From assembly GCA_965240325.2 (NCBI GenBank), contig OZ251235.1:1116001-1180000 (forward strand): DNA of 64,000 nucleotides, given 5' to 3'. A program made the position numbers and the translations under genes. This document shows positions 35,337 to 46,900 of the stretch, in pieces; position 1 is the first letter of the stretch; every line of letters begins with the position of its first letter. This stretch comes from Rebecca billardiae RCC1528 (lineage: Eukaryota; Protista; Haptophyta). Below the pieces are notes generated by a model, which saw nothing but the letters and a program-made list of their open reading frames with translations, was not told the DNA's origin and did no database searches.

Positions 35337-35612
35337 AGTATCTACGGTACTTAATAGTTAATTCGGTAAAGTAATTTAGGCGAAAATTCCGCCACGGTGC
35401 CGCTGACAGCTGCGCTGAATGAGACTATGAGTACTGATGGGCGTGCGGTGCGCCAGCGCGGAGCGCCCAAGTTCGAAGTACGGAAATCGGCAAATCGTCT
35501 GAAGCACCGACGGACCCGCGCCGCGAGCGCGCGTGAGATAGCTTCCACAAGCAACTTTCGCAAGCTCGCAGCGGCCCGAGTGCGGCGTGCGCGACAGGCG
35601 TCAGCAGCGGCG

Positions 35613-37160
35613 TCATCGGGCAGCGTGTCCGTTCGCAGCACTGGTGGATGCTACGCCCGCTGGGCCTGCATCGGCCCGGCCTGCCGCTGCCCGCCGCTCG
35701 GCGGCGCCCGCCCCGTCCGCCGGCGGCGCGTGGCACCGCTTGTAGATCTGGACGTACGACTCGGAGACGGAGATGAGCTGCGGGTGCACCTGCCCCACGT
35801 GCAGGTCCTGCATCTCGTACCACGCGCCATTGGCGGGGAAGTGCACGTGCGCCTTGTACGCGCCGCCCTCGGGCTTGCCGTCGTGCTGCACGGAGCAGAT
35901 GAGGTCGAACTTGAGCGGCGGCGGCTCCGCGGTCGCGCCCTTGGGCGCCTCGCAGAACGGCGCGAGGTCGAGGTTCTTGATCGGGCAGTTGACAATCGTG
36001 TGGTTCTTCTCGACCAACTGCTGCGTGTTCTTCGTGAAGCGCTTGACGTGGATGATCAGGTAGGCGGGCATGCGCAGCACGCGGAACTGGCGCCGGTCGC
36101 CGTTGATCAGGTCCTGGAACGTCTCGCCGTCGAACTTGGCCATGCACTGCGTCAGCGGCACCTGCGGGATGATGTTGCGGTCGAGCGCGTCGCGGAAGAG
36201 CGGCATCGGCGGCACGTCGATCGTGAGGTAGAGGAAGGGGGTGCGCTGCTCCTCGACGCGCCACCGCTCCGAGCCGGCGTCGGCGGCGTCGGCGTCGGCG
36301 TCGTCGGCGGCGGCGGCCGCCGCCGCGGCGGTGCCCTCCTTCTCGTCCGCCGCGCTCGCCGTCGCCTTGCGCTTCTTGATCCGCGCGTGGTGGCGCACCA
36401 GCACCTCGCCTTGGAAGACGCGGTGCACGATGGACGAGCCGGGGCGGCCGCTGCCGCCCAGGTCGAGGTGGAGGCGGTGGAGGAGCCACGCGAGGAACTC
36501 GTGCGCGTCGGACTGCTTGCCGATCGCGAACCGCTTGCCCGACGCCTGCGCCACCGCCTGCATCAGCTCGTGCGGCGACACCTGCCCCTTGAAGTTGTGC
36601 GGAGACCACATCTTGCGCGTCAGCAGCCCAAACTGGTGCACGAGCGCGGACTCGACGTGCGCGTAGTTGCGCTCGAGCAGGAAGAAGTCGCGCAGCGGCG
36701 GGATGCGCACGAGGCACTGCACCACCGCGTTCACAAAGTCCGTGCCCCGGATGTTGTTCAGCCCAATCGCGCCCGGCAGGTAGTCCCCGCCGTCGATGCC
36801 GCGCGCAAAGCTGATGTCCGTGTCGAGGCGTGCAATCATCGCCTCGTCAAAGCGCGGGTGGAGCATGTCCTGGATGTCGCGCAGAGAGGCGTCGACCACC
36901 TCGTACCCGTCGGGCAGGCAGAAGATCAGCCCCGTGTGCAGGTTCATCACCACGTGGTGGTCCTCCTGCAGCGAGTGCATGTACGCGGGCGTCGAGCGGC
37001 CGCGCCCCTGGAAGTACCGCCCGCACACGAGGCAGGCGTACACGTTGAAGTTGTTGCCCGTGACGGAGCAGCTCTTCTCAAAGTCAAAGTCGAGGACGGT
37101 GCGGTTCACCGTGTCCAGGTACGGGCAGAGGATGGCGCTCGGCTCCTCCTCGGTCTTCAT
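35613..37160 (-). CDS. USP39: U4/U6.U5 tri-snRNP-associated protein 2 (USP39/Sad1)
   Basis: CPYLDTVNRTVLDFDFEKSCSVT..N.NVYACLVCGRYFQGRG, YLPGAIGLNNI, NFKGQVSPHELMQAV, EKNHTIVN, WYEMQDLHV, SESYVQIY. Confidence 0.95.
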   Translation of the reverse strand: MKTEEEPSAILCPYLDTVNRTVLDFDFEKSCSVTGNNFNVYACLVCGRYFQGRGRSTPAYMHSLQEDHHVVMNLHTGLIFCLPDGYEVVDASLRDIQDMLHPRFDEAMIARLDTDISFARGIDGGDYLPGAIGLNNIRGTDFVNAVVQCLVRIPPLRDFFLLERNYAHVESALVHQFGLLTRKMWSPHNFKGQVSPHELMQAVAQASGKRFAIGKQSDAHEFLAWLLHRLHLDLGGSGRPGSSIVHRVFQGEVLVRHHARIKKRKATASAADEKEGTAAAAAAAADDADADAADAGSERWRVEEQRTPFLYLTIDVPPMPLFRDALDRNIIPQVPLTQCMAKFDGETFQDLINGDRRQFRVLRMPAYLIIHVKRFTKNTQQLVEKNHTIVNCPIKNLDLAPFCEAPKGATAEPPPLKFDLICSVQHDGKPEGGAYKAHVHFPANGAWYEMQDLHVGQVHPQLISVSESYVQIYKRCHAPPADGAGAAERRAAAGRADAGPAGVASTSAANGHAAR

Positions 37161-37321
37161 CCTGCCGACCGCGGCCGAAACCCAACGACGATGGCGCTCT
37201 GGGACGATCGAGAGGATCTCGTCATCAGCTCACGGCCGAAGCTGTTTGCTGCGGTGGGCAGGGGCGCAGGGCAGGCTGCGCCCACCTGTGCCGAACTGGA
37301 CGGGGCGGTGGTCGTGCGAGC

Positions 37322-39388
37322 ATGCTCGTCGCCCGCCCGCCACCGGGCGAGCCACCAAGCCGCCGAGTGCGGCCGGGATTGCTGCGCGCTCACAGACCAC
37401 ATGCATCTGCGACAGCCTCATCTGTCCGGCCGCCCGCTGCGCCCAGCGCCTCGGCGCCGAGGCACCCCGGTGTCGCTCACGCTGCGGCTCGAGCGCCGGG
37501 TGCGCGCTTGCTCGAGCTGCTCCGCACGGTCTCGGACGCGCTGGACGCGTCGCAAGCGGCGCTGACGGACGCACTTGCCGAGGCCTCTCGCGAGCGCGCC
37601 CGTGCCGACCGCCTCGCGGCCGAGCTCGTGCTCTCGAGCGCTTCCGAACTCGCTCGGCAGGGCCACCTGGCCTCCGCAGGCGCTGCCACCGGCGCCAGTG
37701 CACGAGGCGGCTCTGAGTGGGCGGCGATGGAGGTGCAGCTCGCTGCCGCACACGCGCGGATACGCGTGCTCGAGGGGCTCCTGCGCGCAGCGGACAGCTC
37801 CGCCTCCGACGCGCGCGAGCGCGCGCGCGCGCACGCAGCGAGGCGGGCGGACACTGAGCTCGAGCTAGCCCGGCTGGGCGTCGCACTCGCGGCCGCCGTG
37901 CCCGCGCTGGCGTTGCACGCAAGCCTGGCCCTGAGTGGCGCGGAGCGCGCGGCAGCCCAACGGGAGAGCGCCTCGCGCTCGCTGCCGTCCCCGCGGCCGC
38001 TGTCTCCGCGCGCCTCCGCCGCGCTCGGCCGTGCTCGGAGCAAGCAGAGCGGCGCGCGGTGGGTGGAGGAGGTGTGTGGCTGCCCCTGGGACGTCATCGC
38101 GCCTCTGGCGCACGGCTCGCGCGCATCGATGTGCCTCCTCGTCGTGCGCGCGGCGCAGCGCACCGATGCAGCCGAGGAGTCCACCAGGCGCCAGTCGGCC
38201 CCTCCGACCCCGCGCCATCGACCGAACCTGCTGCACGCGCTTGCCTCGCTCGACAGCGGGCTGGCCGAGTGCCCCGTGCGCGAGCTGCACGTATGGGAGC
38301 GGGACGGCGCGCACGCGCTCGAGTGGGACGCGCTCTGGGCGAGCGCGTGCGCGCTCCGCGGCTGCCGCTCGGCGCACCTGGCTCCGGTGCTGGGCGTGGC
38401 GCGGCGCCGAGATCGTATCTCGCTGATCACCGAACACCTGGCAGGGCCGTCGCTGCTCGAGCGCGTGCTCACGCGCGCCGCGCCGCCGACGGAGGACTCC
38501 GTACGCCCGCTCTTCCGAGCCCTCGCGCGCGCGCTCCGCGCGCTCCTCGGCGCGGGCGTGCCGCTCCCGTACGTGGACCCGACGAAGCTCGTGTACCGCA
38601 CGGCGCGCTCGGCCGACGACGCGTTTGTCTTGTGCGCGGTGCAATCCGTGTGGGCGGGCGGCGAGCACGCAGGCTCGGGGGCGCGTGCGCGCGCCGCCGC
38701 GCACGGGCCGCGCGCCGGCGACGAGAACGAGGAGGAGGAGTCCGACGACGCCTCCGCGCCGCGCGCGCGCGCAGGTGTAGGCGCGGACGCCGACGCAGGC
38801 GACACGCTCGCGCCGTGGGCGGACGGGCATCCGGACGCGGAGGCCATGGCTGTGCGCAGTGGGGCGCCCAGTCCGCCGGCGGCGGCGGCGGGCGCGTGCA
38901 CGCTGCGCGTGTACGAGCTCTTCGCCGCGCCGGAGCTCCTGGACGGCAGCTACATGGCACGCGTGCGCGTGGTTGGCGCGGACGCGGCCTCGGCGTGCTC
39001 GGCAGCGGCCGCGGCCGCTGCCTTCAGCGTGGGCGCGATGCTGTGCGCGCTGCTCCTCGGGTGCTCGGCCACGGCGGACGGGGGTCGGGACGCGTGGGCG
39101 TTTACGCACGCGCCTCGCTGGCACTCCCTGTCCCCCGCCTTGCGCGAGCTGCTCACCGGCCTGCTGCAGCCGCTGCCCGAGATGCGCTGGACTCTCGAGG
39201 CCGCGCTGGCGCACGCGTGGATGGCGCCCCCCGCGGGCTTGGACGGCGAGCCGGCCGGGGCTGCTGGGAGCGGTGCCGATGCGGAGGCCGTGGACGCGGC
39301 CGACGCGCTCGAGCGGCTGCGCGCTCTCCACGTGCGCGCCCTCCTCCGCGGCGCCGCGAGGGCGGCGTGCGGCCCCAGCGGCGACTGA
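37322..39388 (+). CDS. Coiled-coil plus CAMK-like pseudokinase; 5' end uncertain
   Basis: N-terminal heptads; kinase C-lobe FAAPELL, FSVGAMLCALLLG, WHSLSPALRELLTGLLQPLPEMRWTLEAALAHAWM; hinge LITEHLAGPSLLERV; no HRD or DFG. Confidence 0.65.
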   Translation: MLVARPPPGEPPSRRVRPGLLRAHRPHASATASSVRPPAAPSASAPRHPGVAHAAARAPGARLLELLRTVSDALDASQAALTDALAEASRERARADRLAAELVLSSASELARQGHLASAGAATGASARGGSEWAAMEVQLAAAHARIRVLEGLLRAADSSASDARERARAHAARRADTELELARLGVALAAAVPALALHASLALSGAERAAAQRESASRSLPSPRPLSPRASAALGRARSKQSGARWVEEVCGCPWDVIAPLAHGSRASMCLLVVRAAQRTDAAEESTRRQSAPPTPRHRPNLLHALASLDSGLAECPVRELHVWERDGAHALEWDALWASACALRGCRSAHLAPVLGVARRRDRISLITEHLAGPSLLERVLTRAAPPTEDSVRPLFRALARALRALLGAGVPLPYVDPTKLVYRTARSADDAFVLCAVQSVWAGGEHAGSGARARAAAHGPRAGDENEEEESDDASAPRARAGVGADADAGDTLAPWADGHPDAEAMAVRSGAPSPPAAAAGACTLRVYELFAAPELLDGSYMARVRVVGADAASACSAAAAAAAFSVGAMLCALLLGCSATADGGRDAWAFTHAPRWHSLSPALRELLTGLLQPLPEMRWTLEAALAHAWMAPPAGLDGEPAGAAGSGADAEAVDAADALERLRALHVRALLRGAARAACGPSGD

Positions 39389-39859
39389 GCTCGATGCAGC
39401 TCGAAATTCAGCTTCCCTTGGCGGAGATTCCTCCCGCACGACCACGCGAAAGAAATACGGTCAGGTAATACGGTAATTGAATGCGCAGTCGTAACGGCAG
39501 CTACCCCCAAGGAGCTATGTGATTGGCCCAGCGGGCTCGCCCGCTCGCGAAGGTGTAGAGAAATGTGTGCGTGATTGGCTGTTGCGGTCGAGCGCGGGTA
39601 AAGTCTGTATGTGCAGGCCTCGTGGCCCACCGGCACCGGACTGCGCGGAAAAATATCTCCTTATCGCGAGCTCGCAACGCAGAAAACTCGCGTCCCGCCC
39701 AGCGAAGCACAGCGAGCGCAGCGCCGAAGGATGAGCCATTGGCGAAATTGCACGCGTCGCATCAGCGAAGCGGAGGGGTGAAGCTCGTCCGTGCAATCAA
39801 CTCCGCGTGGCTTGTGGCGATCGAGGGGGTGGGACCGGTGGTGATTGCACACGCGCGCG

Positions 39860-41499
39860 ATGAAGATCCCTAGCCCACACGACCTCGGTCTGCACAAGGT
39901 GCTCAACCCGCTGCGCACTATCGTCAACCCCATCGTCGAGTACGGCGCCAAGCAGCGCCTGAGGAACGCCGTCAACATTGCGGATCTGCGGCAGTGCGCC
40001 AAGCTGCGCGCGCACAAGATGGTGTTTGACTACCTCGACTCGGGCGCGGACGACGAGATCATCCTGCGGCGCGCAAAGGACGCGTACTCCGATCTGGAGA
40101 TGCACTACCACGTGCTCGCCGGCCTGCAGCCGCCACTCGACCTCTCGACCAAGATCTTTGGTCAGGACGTGAAGCTGCCCTTCTTTGGCTGCCCGACCGC
40201 GGGCAACCGCATGTTCCACCACGAGGGCGAGTCCGCAGCCGCGCGTGCTGCGCAGCACCACGGCTCCCTGTATGGTCTGTCGTCCCTCGCCACCACCGGC
40301 ATCGAGGATATCGGCAAGATGTGCGTGTGCCGCGCGCGCGCGCGCATCGGGAGGCGCGCGTGCCCGCGCGCGTTCCGCGCGCGCGAGCACGCGTGCGTGT
40401 GCTCACCGCATGCACCTTGCCCGCCTCGCGTCCACGGCACGCAGGCACAACGGGCCAAAGGTGTTCCAGCTGTACGTGTGGAAGGACCGCGAGCTCGTGA
40501 AGGAGGTGATTCAGAAGGCGAAGGCGGGCGGCTTCAACGCGCTTGCGCTCACCGTCGACTTCACGTGGTATGGCAACCGCGAGCGGGACATCCGCAACGG
40601 TGCGCAGCGCACGCGGCGGCGCGGCGTGCGCGCCCGACGGCCGCGGGCGTGGGCGCGTGGGCGCGGTGTGTCGGCCGCGTCTCCACCTGCGCCGGCCCAC
40701 GCACCGTCGCGCACGGCTGACCCGCGAGCTCCCCGCCCGCACGCTGGCAAATGGCCGCGGGCCGCCGCCGCCGCCGCCGCCTGCGCTCGGCATGCGCGCG
40801 CGCTGCCGTTTGGGTGGGGCAGGCTTCACGATCCCGCCGAACTACTCGGTGACGCAGGTCATCGAGGCGATCAAGCGGCCCGCATGGACCTGGGACTTCG
40901 TCTCGAACGACCCGTACACGTACGCGTGCATCAACACCGACGTGCCCGCCGACTCGCTCGCCGCGTTTGTCAACTCGCAGCTCTCGCCCGAGTTCAACTG
41001 GGACGATGCCGAGTGGCTGATGAAGGAGTGGAACGGGCCGGCGGCGATCAAGGGCGTGGTGCGGCCCGACGACGCGCAGCGCGCGGTCAAGGCGGGCTTC
41101 TCCACCATGTGGGTCTCCAACCACGGCGCGCGCCAGCTGGAGACCTCGCCCGCGACGATCGACGTGCTGCCATCGATCCGCGAGGCGGTCGGGCCGGACG
41201 TCGAGATCATCCTCGACGGCGGCGTGCAGCGCGGCACGGACATCGCGAAGGCGCTCGCGCTCGGGGCGGACGCGGTCGGCGTCGGCAAGCCGTACCTCTA
41301 CGGCCTCGCCGCGGGCGGCACCGAGGGCGTGATCAAGGCGCTGAACATCCTCAAGGTCGAGCTCGACCGCGCGATGGGGCTGCTCGGCGTCGGCACGGTC
41401 GACGAGCTCAAGAAGCGCGGCCCGTCGCTCATCAAGCGCCGCCCAACCGGGATGTCGGTGAGGGACTACCCGTACCCCGGGCCGAACGGCTGCTGCTAA
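39860..41499 (+). CDS. FMN-dependent alpha-hydroxy acid oxidase/dehydrogenase (glycolate oxidase / L-lactate dehydrogenase family)
   Basis: VFDYLDSGADDE, FQLY, LTVD...GNRERDIRNGF, IKGV, VSNHGARQL, LDGGVQRGTDIAKALALGA. Introns at 40321-40444 and 40600-40822. Confidence 0.92.
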
Positions 41500-42434
41500 G
41501 CGCGGTCGAGCGGTGTGCGCCGTGCGGCACGTCCGCCCGGCGGCCTGCCCCTGACTCCGACCCCGCCTACACCTTGTGACACCGAGCCGGCCGCTAATGC
41601 AGCGCGTGCGGAGCGGCCGTGCGACGTGTCCTCCGACGCCGTCTCGTGCCCCGCGCCCGCGGGCGCGGGCCTTCCGCCGACTACCTACCCCACGACTCGC
41701 ACGACGCGTTCCGATCTGATGGCATGCTGAGGCGTCATCCCGGACTGCTGCGTTGGTGCGCGGCGGCTCGGCATGCGCGATGTCATCTGATCACACAACA
41801 GCCGCAGCACCACGGCCACGCGCGACGCTGCCGGCGGCAGCCGCGGCGTGCGCCAACCGCGCTGACACCGCTGTCACCGCGGGGAGCTTCGTCGTCGCCT
41901 GCTACTGCTAGTTACGACATGATACCATACTGCACGTGCATGCATGGTGTATATTGCACTACGATCGTACGACGCACTGTGATGTCTTATAGCATAGCAT
42001 GCGCATTTCTGCTTCCAGCTTCGGGCTCGGATTATTATAATATACTTAAGAGGAAAGTTCTACCGTAAGGCGGTGCTCCATCCCGGCCCCGCTCCCGTAG
42101 GGGGGCAGGGCTGCGGGTGGCGCACTGTCTGACCTGGACGGAAGGCGCGGACGCATTCTATGTGTCTGTTGCACTCTGAGCCTGACGCTTGTCCGATGCT
42201 GCCACGTCGTTAAATATATATATATATATATATAAACTACTATATTATTTAATTTAATACATAGAGCTCTAGTATTGATGGTTACGACGAACGTTTTAAT
42301 TTTATATATAAGTGAAAAAATGTAGACTCGCTACCGCGGCGCCGAGCAGCTCTGAGGCCGACGACTGAGTATGGGGCACTGTAAGTAGTGTAACTACTGT
42401 CTGTAGACTGTAGTTTATTCAAGTTGGAGTCGCA

Positions 42435-43619
42435 TCAAGCCTGCAATTCCACCAAGAGTTTGCCCAGGTGGCCGCCGCCAAACATCGTGAGCAGCGCCTC
42501 GGGCACGCGCTCGATGCCGCTCTCAATGTGCTTGGGCACGCGCAGCCCCCCGCGCCAGTAGCTCACGAGCACGCTCCCCAGCATCCACGCGAACAGCGCC
42601 GGGCGCGCGAGCGCCTGCATCACGTTGAAGCCCGCCAGGCTCGCGCCGCGCTCGGCGAGCTTGAGGTAGTTGGACGGGCCGTCGACGCTGCCCACGTTGA
42701 GCTTGCCCGAGTCGTACTGCGAGATCGCGCCGCAGATCACCACGCGGCCGCCCGGCCGGATCCGCGCGAGCACCTCGTCGAGCACCGCGCCGCCGACGTT
42801 GTCGAAGAAGAAGTCAACGCCGTCGGGCGCGAGCGCGTCGAGCTGCTCGCCGACGCTCGCGTCCGCGCGCTTGTAGTCGACCGCGCCGGCGAGGCGGAGC
42901 TCGTCGCGGAGGAAGGCGGCCTTGCGCTCGCCGCCGGCGATGCCGATCACGCGCGCGCCGCGGTTGCGCGCGAACTGCGCCGCACACGACCCCACGGCGC
43001 CCGCGGCCGCGCTCACGACGACCGTCTGGCCGCGCTTGGGCGCGCCAAGCACCGCGTGCATGCCGTACCACGCGGTGAAGCCGGTGGTGAGGCCGAGCTC
43101 GGCGAGCGTGGCGTGCGACGGGACGCCAGGGAGGCGCACGGCGCGCGTGAGCATCGCCTCCGGCACGACCGCTAGGGTCTGAGTGCCCACCATCCCCGAG
43201 ACCTCGTCGCCTGCCTTGAACTTGGCGGAGGCGGAGGCGACCACCGTGCCAACGCCGATCGCAGGCAGCGGTGCGCCGATGTCGGTGGAGCCGTGGTAGG
43301 CCTCCGCGTCGAGGGTGGTGCGTACGAACGCGTCGATGGAGATCGTCTTCACGCGCACGAGCACCGTGCCCGGCTTGAGCGCCGACGGGTGAACGAGCTC
43401 GGTCTCCACGCGGAAGTCGTCGGCGCGCATCGACTTTGCCGGCCTGCGCGCGAGCACACACTTGCGGGTCTCGAGCGCGTCCGCTGCGTCGGCGAGAGGT
43501 GTGGGGGGCACCGACATGCTGTCCGCCTCGGTGCGCGTCGCAGCGAGAAGGCGACGACCGAGGTACAGGGCCACGAGAGCGCTGCCGCCAGCACAGATGG
43601 CGAGCGTGCCCGTCTGCAT
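42435..43619 (-). CDS. NADP-dependent alkenal/prostaglandin reductase (PGR/CurA-like MDR) with an N-terminal hydrophobic anchor
   Basis: VLARRP, GLTTGFTAWYG, VVVSAAAGAVGS, GVDFFFDNVGG, RVVICGAISQY, MFGGGHLGKLLV. Confidence 0.9.
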   Translation of the reverse strand: MQTGTLAICAGGSALVALYLGRRLLAATRTEADSMSVPPTPLADAADALETRKCVLARRPAKSMRADDFRVETELVHPSALKPGTVLVRVKTISIDAFVRTTLDAEAYHGSTDIGAPLPAIGVGTVVASASAKFKAGDEVSGMVGTQTLAVVPEAMLTRAVRLPGVPSHATLAELGLTTGFTAWYGMHAVLGAPKRGQTVVVSAAAGAVGSCAAQFARNRGARVIGIAGGERKAAFLRDELRLAGAVDYKRADASVGEQLDALAPDGVDFFFDNVGGAVLDEVLARIRPGGRVVICGAISQYDSGKLNVGSVDGPSNYLKLAERGASLAGFNVMQALARPALFAWMLGSVLVSYWRGGLRVPKHIESGIERVPEALLTMFGGGHLGKLLVELQA

Positions 43620-43918
43620 GGGACGTGCACTGGCCGGTGGCACCTTCACGCGAATGTCGATGACGAAGATTCGGGAGCGACTCAAGACAGATTCATCGGC
43701 GCCCGGACTCTCCCCAGCCCGGCTTGTGCATCCGGCAGCGATGATGCCGATGGCGATAGCCATGGCGCCCGCCGACAATCACTGATACACGAGTGGTAGG
43801 CTGCTGGTATGACAACAGATCGACTGGTAACTGTTGTCTGCACAGCAAGGCGTACTACGGTGTATCATACATCGACGTGGGGTCGACGCGACACGGTGCT
43901 TTGAGGCACGCCCTGAGC

Positions 43919-46900
43919 TCACGGCTCGGCGCGGCCCGCGTCAGCCGCGCCCGGCCGCGACCCGAGCTCGGCCGCGGACGCCGCACGGGCACCCTGCCCC
44001 TGGCCGCTGCGCTCGAGCGCGCTCAGCTCGGCGGCGAGGCCCGTGATGGCGACGCGCGCGCTCGCGTCGGCGCGCGAGCGCGCCGTGCCCGCCAGCTCGG
44101 TCGCGATGAGCGCGCCGAGCTCGTCGGCGTCGAGGAGCGCGTCGTCGTCGTCGCCCTCCAGCGCCGCGCCGGCCTCGCCGGCGCCGAGGCCAAGGCCGAG
44201 CGCGCCGCCCGCGTCCACGCGCGCCTCCGCGGCGCGCGCGGCGTCTCGCGCCCGCACCGCGTCCGCGTGCGCGCGCACGAGGCGCACAAGGTCGTCCCCA
44301 TAGCGCTCGAGCCGCTTGGGCCCGATGCCACGCACCGCGCCGAGCGCCTCAATGCTCCGCGGCGCCGCAGTCGCTATGCGCTGCATCGTGCGCTCGCACA
44401 GCACGGCGAAGGGCCGCCTGGCCTCGCGCCGCGCGGCCGCGTCGCGGAAGGCGCGCACCGCGTCGTACAGCTCGCGCTCGGCGCCGTCGAGGGCGCCGCC
44501 GGGCGGCGCGCGCGGCGGCGACCCGGTTGTGCGTAGGATCTGGAGCAACTCGTCGCGTTCGCTCGCCGCGCCCGCCGCGCCCGCCGCCTGCCGAGGCGTG
44601 ACGCCGTGCTGCGCGTTGTAGCGCAGCTGCGCCGCGCGCCGCGCGGCGGTCTCGGCCATCGCCTGCTCCATCGCGGCGGAGCGCACGCCGCCCGCCGAGT
44701 AGAAGATCGCGTGGCCGTTGACGTGCCGCGCCGCGCGGCCGATGATCTGCACGAGCGAGGTCGCGGAGCGCAGGAAGCCCGACTTCTCCGCGTCCACGAC
44801 AGCCACGAGCGACACGTGCGGCAGGTCGAGGCCCTCGCGCAGCAAGTTGCACCCGACCACCGCGTCGGCGTCGCCCGCGCGCAGCCGCTCGAGGACGACG
44901 AGCCGCTCGCCCGACGGTACGTCCGCGTGGAGCCACTCGGCGCGCACGCCGTGCGCGCGCAGGAAGCGAGTGAGGGCCTCGGCCGAGCGCTTGGTCAGGG
45001 TCGTGACGAGCGCGCGCTCGCCGCGCGCCTGCCGCGCGGACAGCTGTGCGAGCAGGTGGTCCTCGCACCCGCCCTCCGCCGCCGAGTCCACCACCGAGAC
45101 CGTCGGGTCGGGGATGCCAGTCGGTCGGATCCGCAGCTCGGCGGCGATGGGCAGCGGCGGCGGGAGCGGCGGCGCCGAGGAAGGGCTCGGCTGCGCTGCA
45201 CCCTCGTCCGCCGGCTCGGCCGCTGCGTCCGGCGGCGCGGCGCGCTCGCACATGCGCACCTCCGCCCCCGGCGTGGCGGAGACGAGCACCGCCTGCGGCA
45301 CGCGCGCCCAGAACTCGTCGGCGGTGAGCGGCCGGTTGTCCGCAGCGGAGGGCAGCCTGAACCCGTGCTCGATGAGCGACGCCTTGCGCCGCCGGTCTCC
45401 CTCGAACATGGCGCCGAGCTGCGCGACCGTGAGGTGAGACTCATCGACGAGCAGCAGCCAATCATCTGCCGGCATGTAATCGAGCAGCGTGCGCGGCGGC
45501 TCGCCCGGCCCGCGCCGGGCGTCGAGGTGGCGCGAGTAGTTCTCAATGCCGCGCACGCGCTTCCCGGCGCGCAGCGCGGCGAGGTCCTCGCGCACACGGA
45601 ACAGCAGCCGCTCTGCCTGCGCAAACCGCCCCTCCGCCGCCAGCTGCGCCACACGCGCCTCGAGCTCAGATTCAATCTCGGCGAGCACGCGCGGGAGATC
45701 GTCATCTCGCGCGCTCACGTGGTGGCTCGCCGGGTAGAGCACGGCCTCGGGCAGCGTGGCGGGTGCCGTGGCGCCGCCATCCTCCGCGTCGGCCTGCCTG
45801 CCGCCGTCGCCCTCGCGCGCGCCGCCGCCGCCGCCCGCGCGCCGCGCGACGGCACTCCCCGGTGCGCCGCCGCCGCCGCCGCCACCGCCGCTGCCGCCGC
45901 CGCCACCGCCGCCACCGCCGCCGCTCGCGCGGATCGCATCGACGCGCCACGCGCGCGCCGTGCGCACGAGCTCGACGCGCAGCAGGTGCTGCGTGCGCTC
46001 GCTCGAGAAGGCGGGCGCCACCTCGATCACCGCGCGCTCGGCCCCTCCCGCCGGGGCCGCCCCGGTGCCGCCGCCTCCGGCGCCGAGCCCGTCCGCGGCC
46101 GCGGCGCGCTCACTACCGCAGCCGTCGCGCGCGGGCCGGAGGACGCGGAACTGCGCGCGCGAGAGGCGGCCGGTGGGCGAGGCGTGCTGCTCGTACTCGA
46201 GTGCGTGCAGCCGCTCGAGCAGCTCGTCTGGCGAGCCCCACCGCTGCCCTCTCGCCAGCAGCACCGCGCGCTCCAGGTACCGCTCCGGAACGCCCAACCC
46301 GAAGATGCATGAGACGGTCGCAACGACGATCGTGTCGCGCCGCTCGAAGAGCGCGCAGGTCGCCTCGTGCCGCAGCGCGTCGACGTTCTCGTTGACGCGC
46401 GAGAGCTTTTCACGGTACGTGTCCGACACGGCGGAGAAGCTCTCCGGCCGGTAGTAGTCGAAGTTGGAGACGAAGTAGGTCACCGCGTTCTCCGGGAAGA
46501 AGGCTCGAAGCTCGGCGTACAGCTGCGCCGCCAGAACCTTGTTGGGTGCGAGCACGAGCGTGGGGCGGCCGAGCCCGGCGATCACGTTGGCCATGACGTA
46601 CGTCTTGCCCGTGCCCGTCGCGCCCTTCATCGAGACGCGCGGCGCGCCCGCGCGCAGCTCGCGCAGCAGCGCGCCGATCGCCTCTGGTTGGTCCCCAGAG
46701 GGTGAGTAGGCTGAGCGCAGCTTGAAGCCGCGCCGGGAGGTGAGCGCGCTCAGCGGCTGTGTTGCCGCGGCCGCGGCGGCGCGCGCGCGCGCGGAGGGGT
46801 CGTCGGGGTGGGCGAGGGGTCCGAACAGCGCCTCCGCCGCGTGCGCGCCGCCCTCCTCGTCCTCCTCGAGCACGTCGTCGATGTCGTCGATGTCCGTCTC

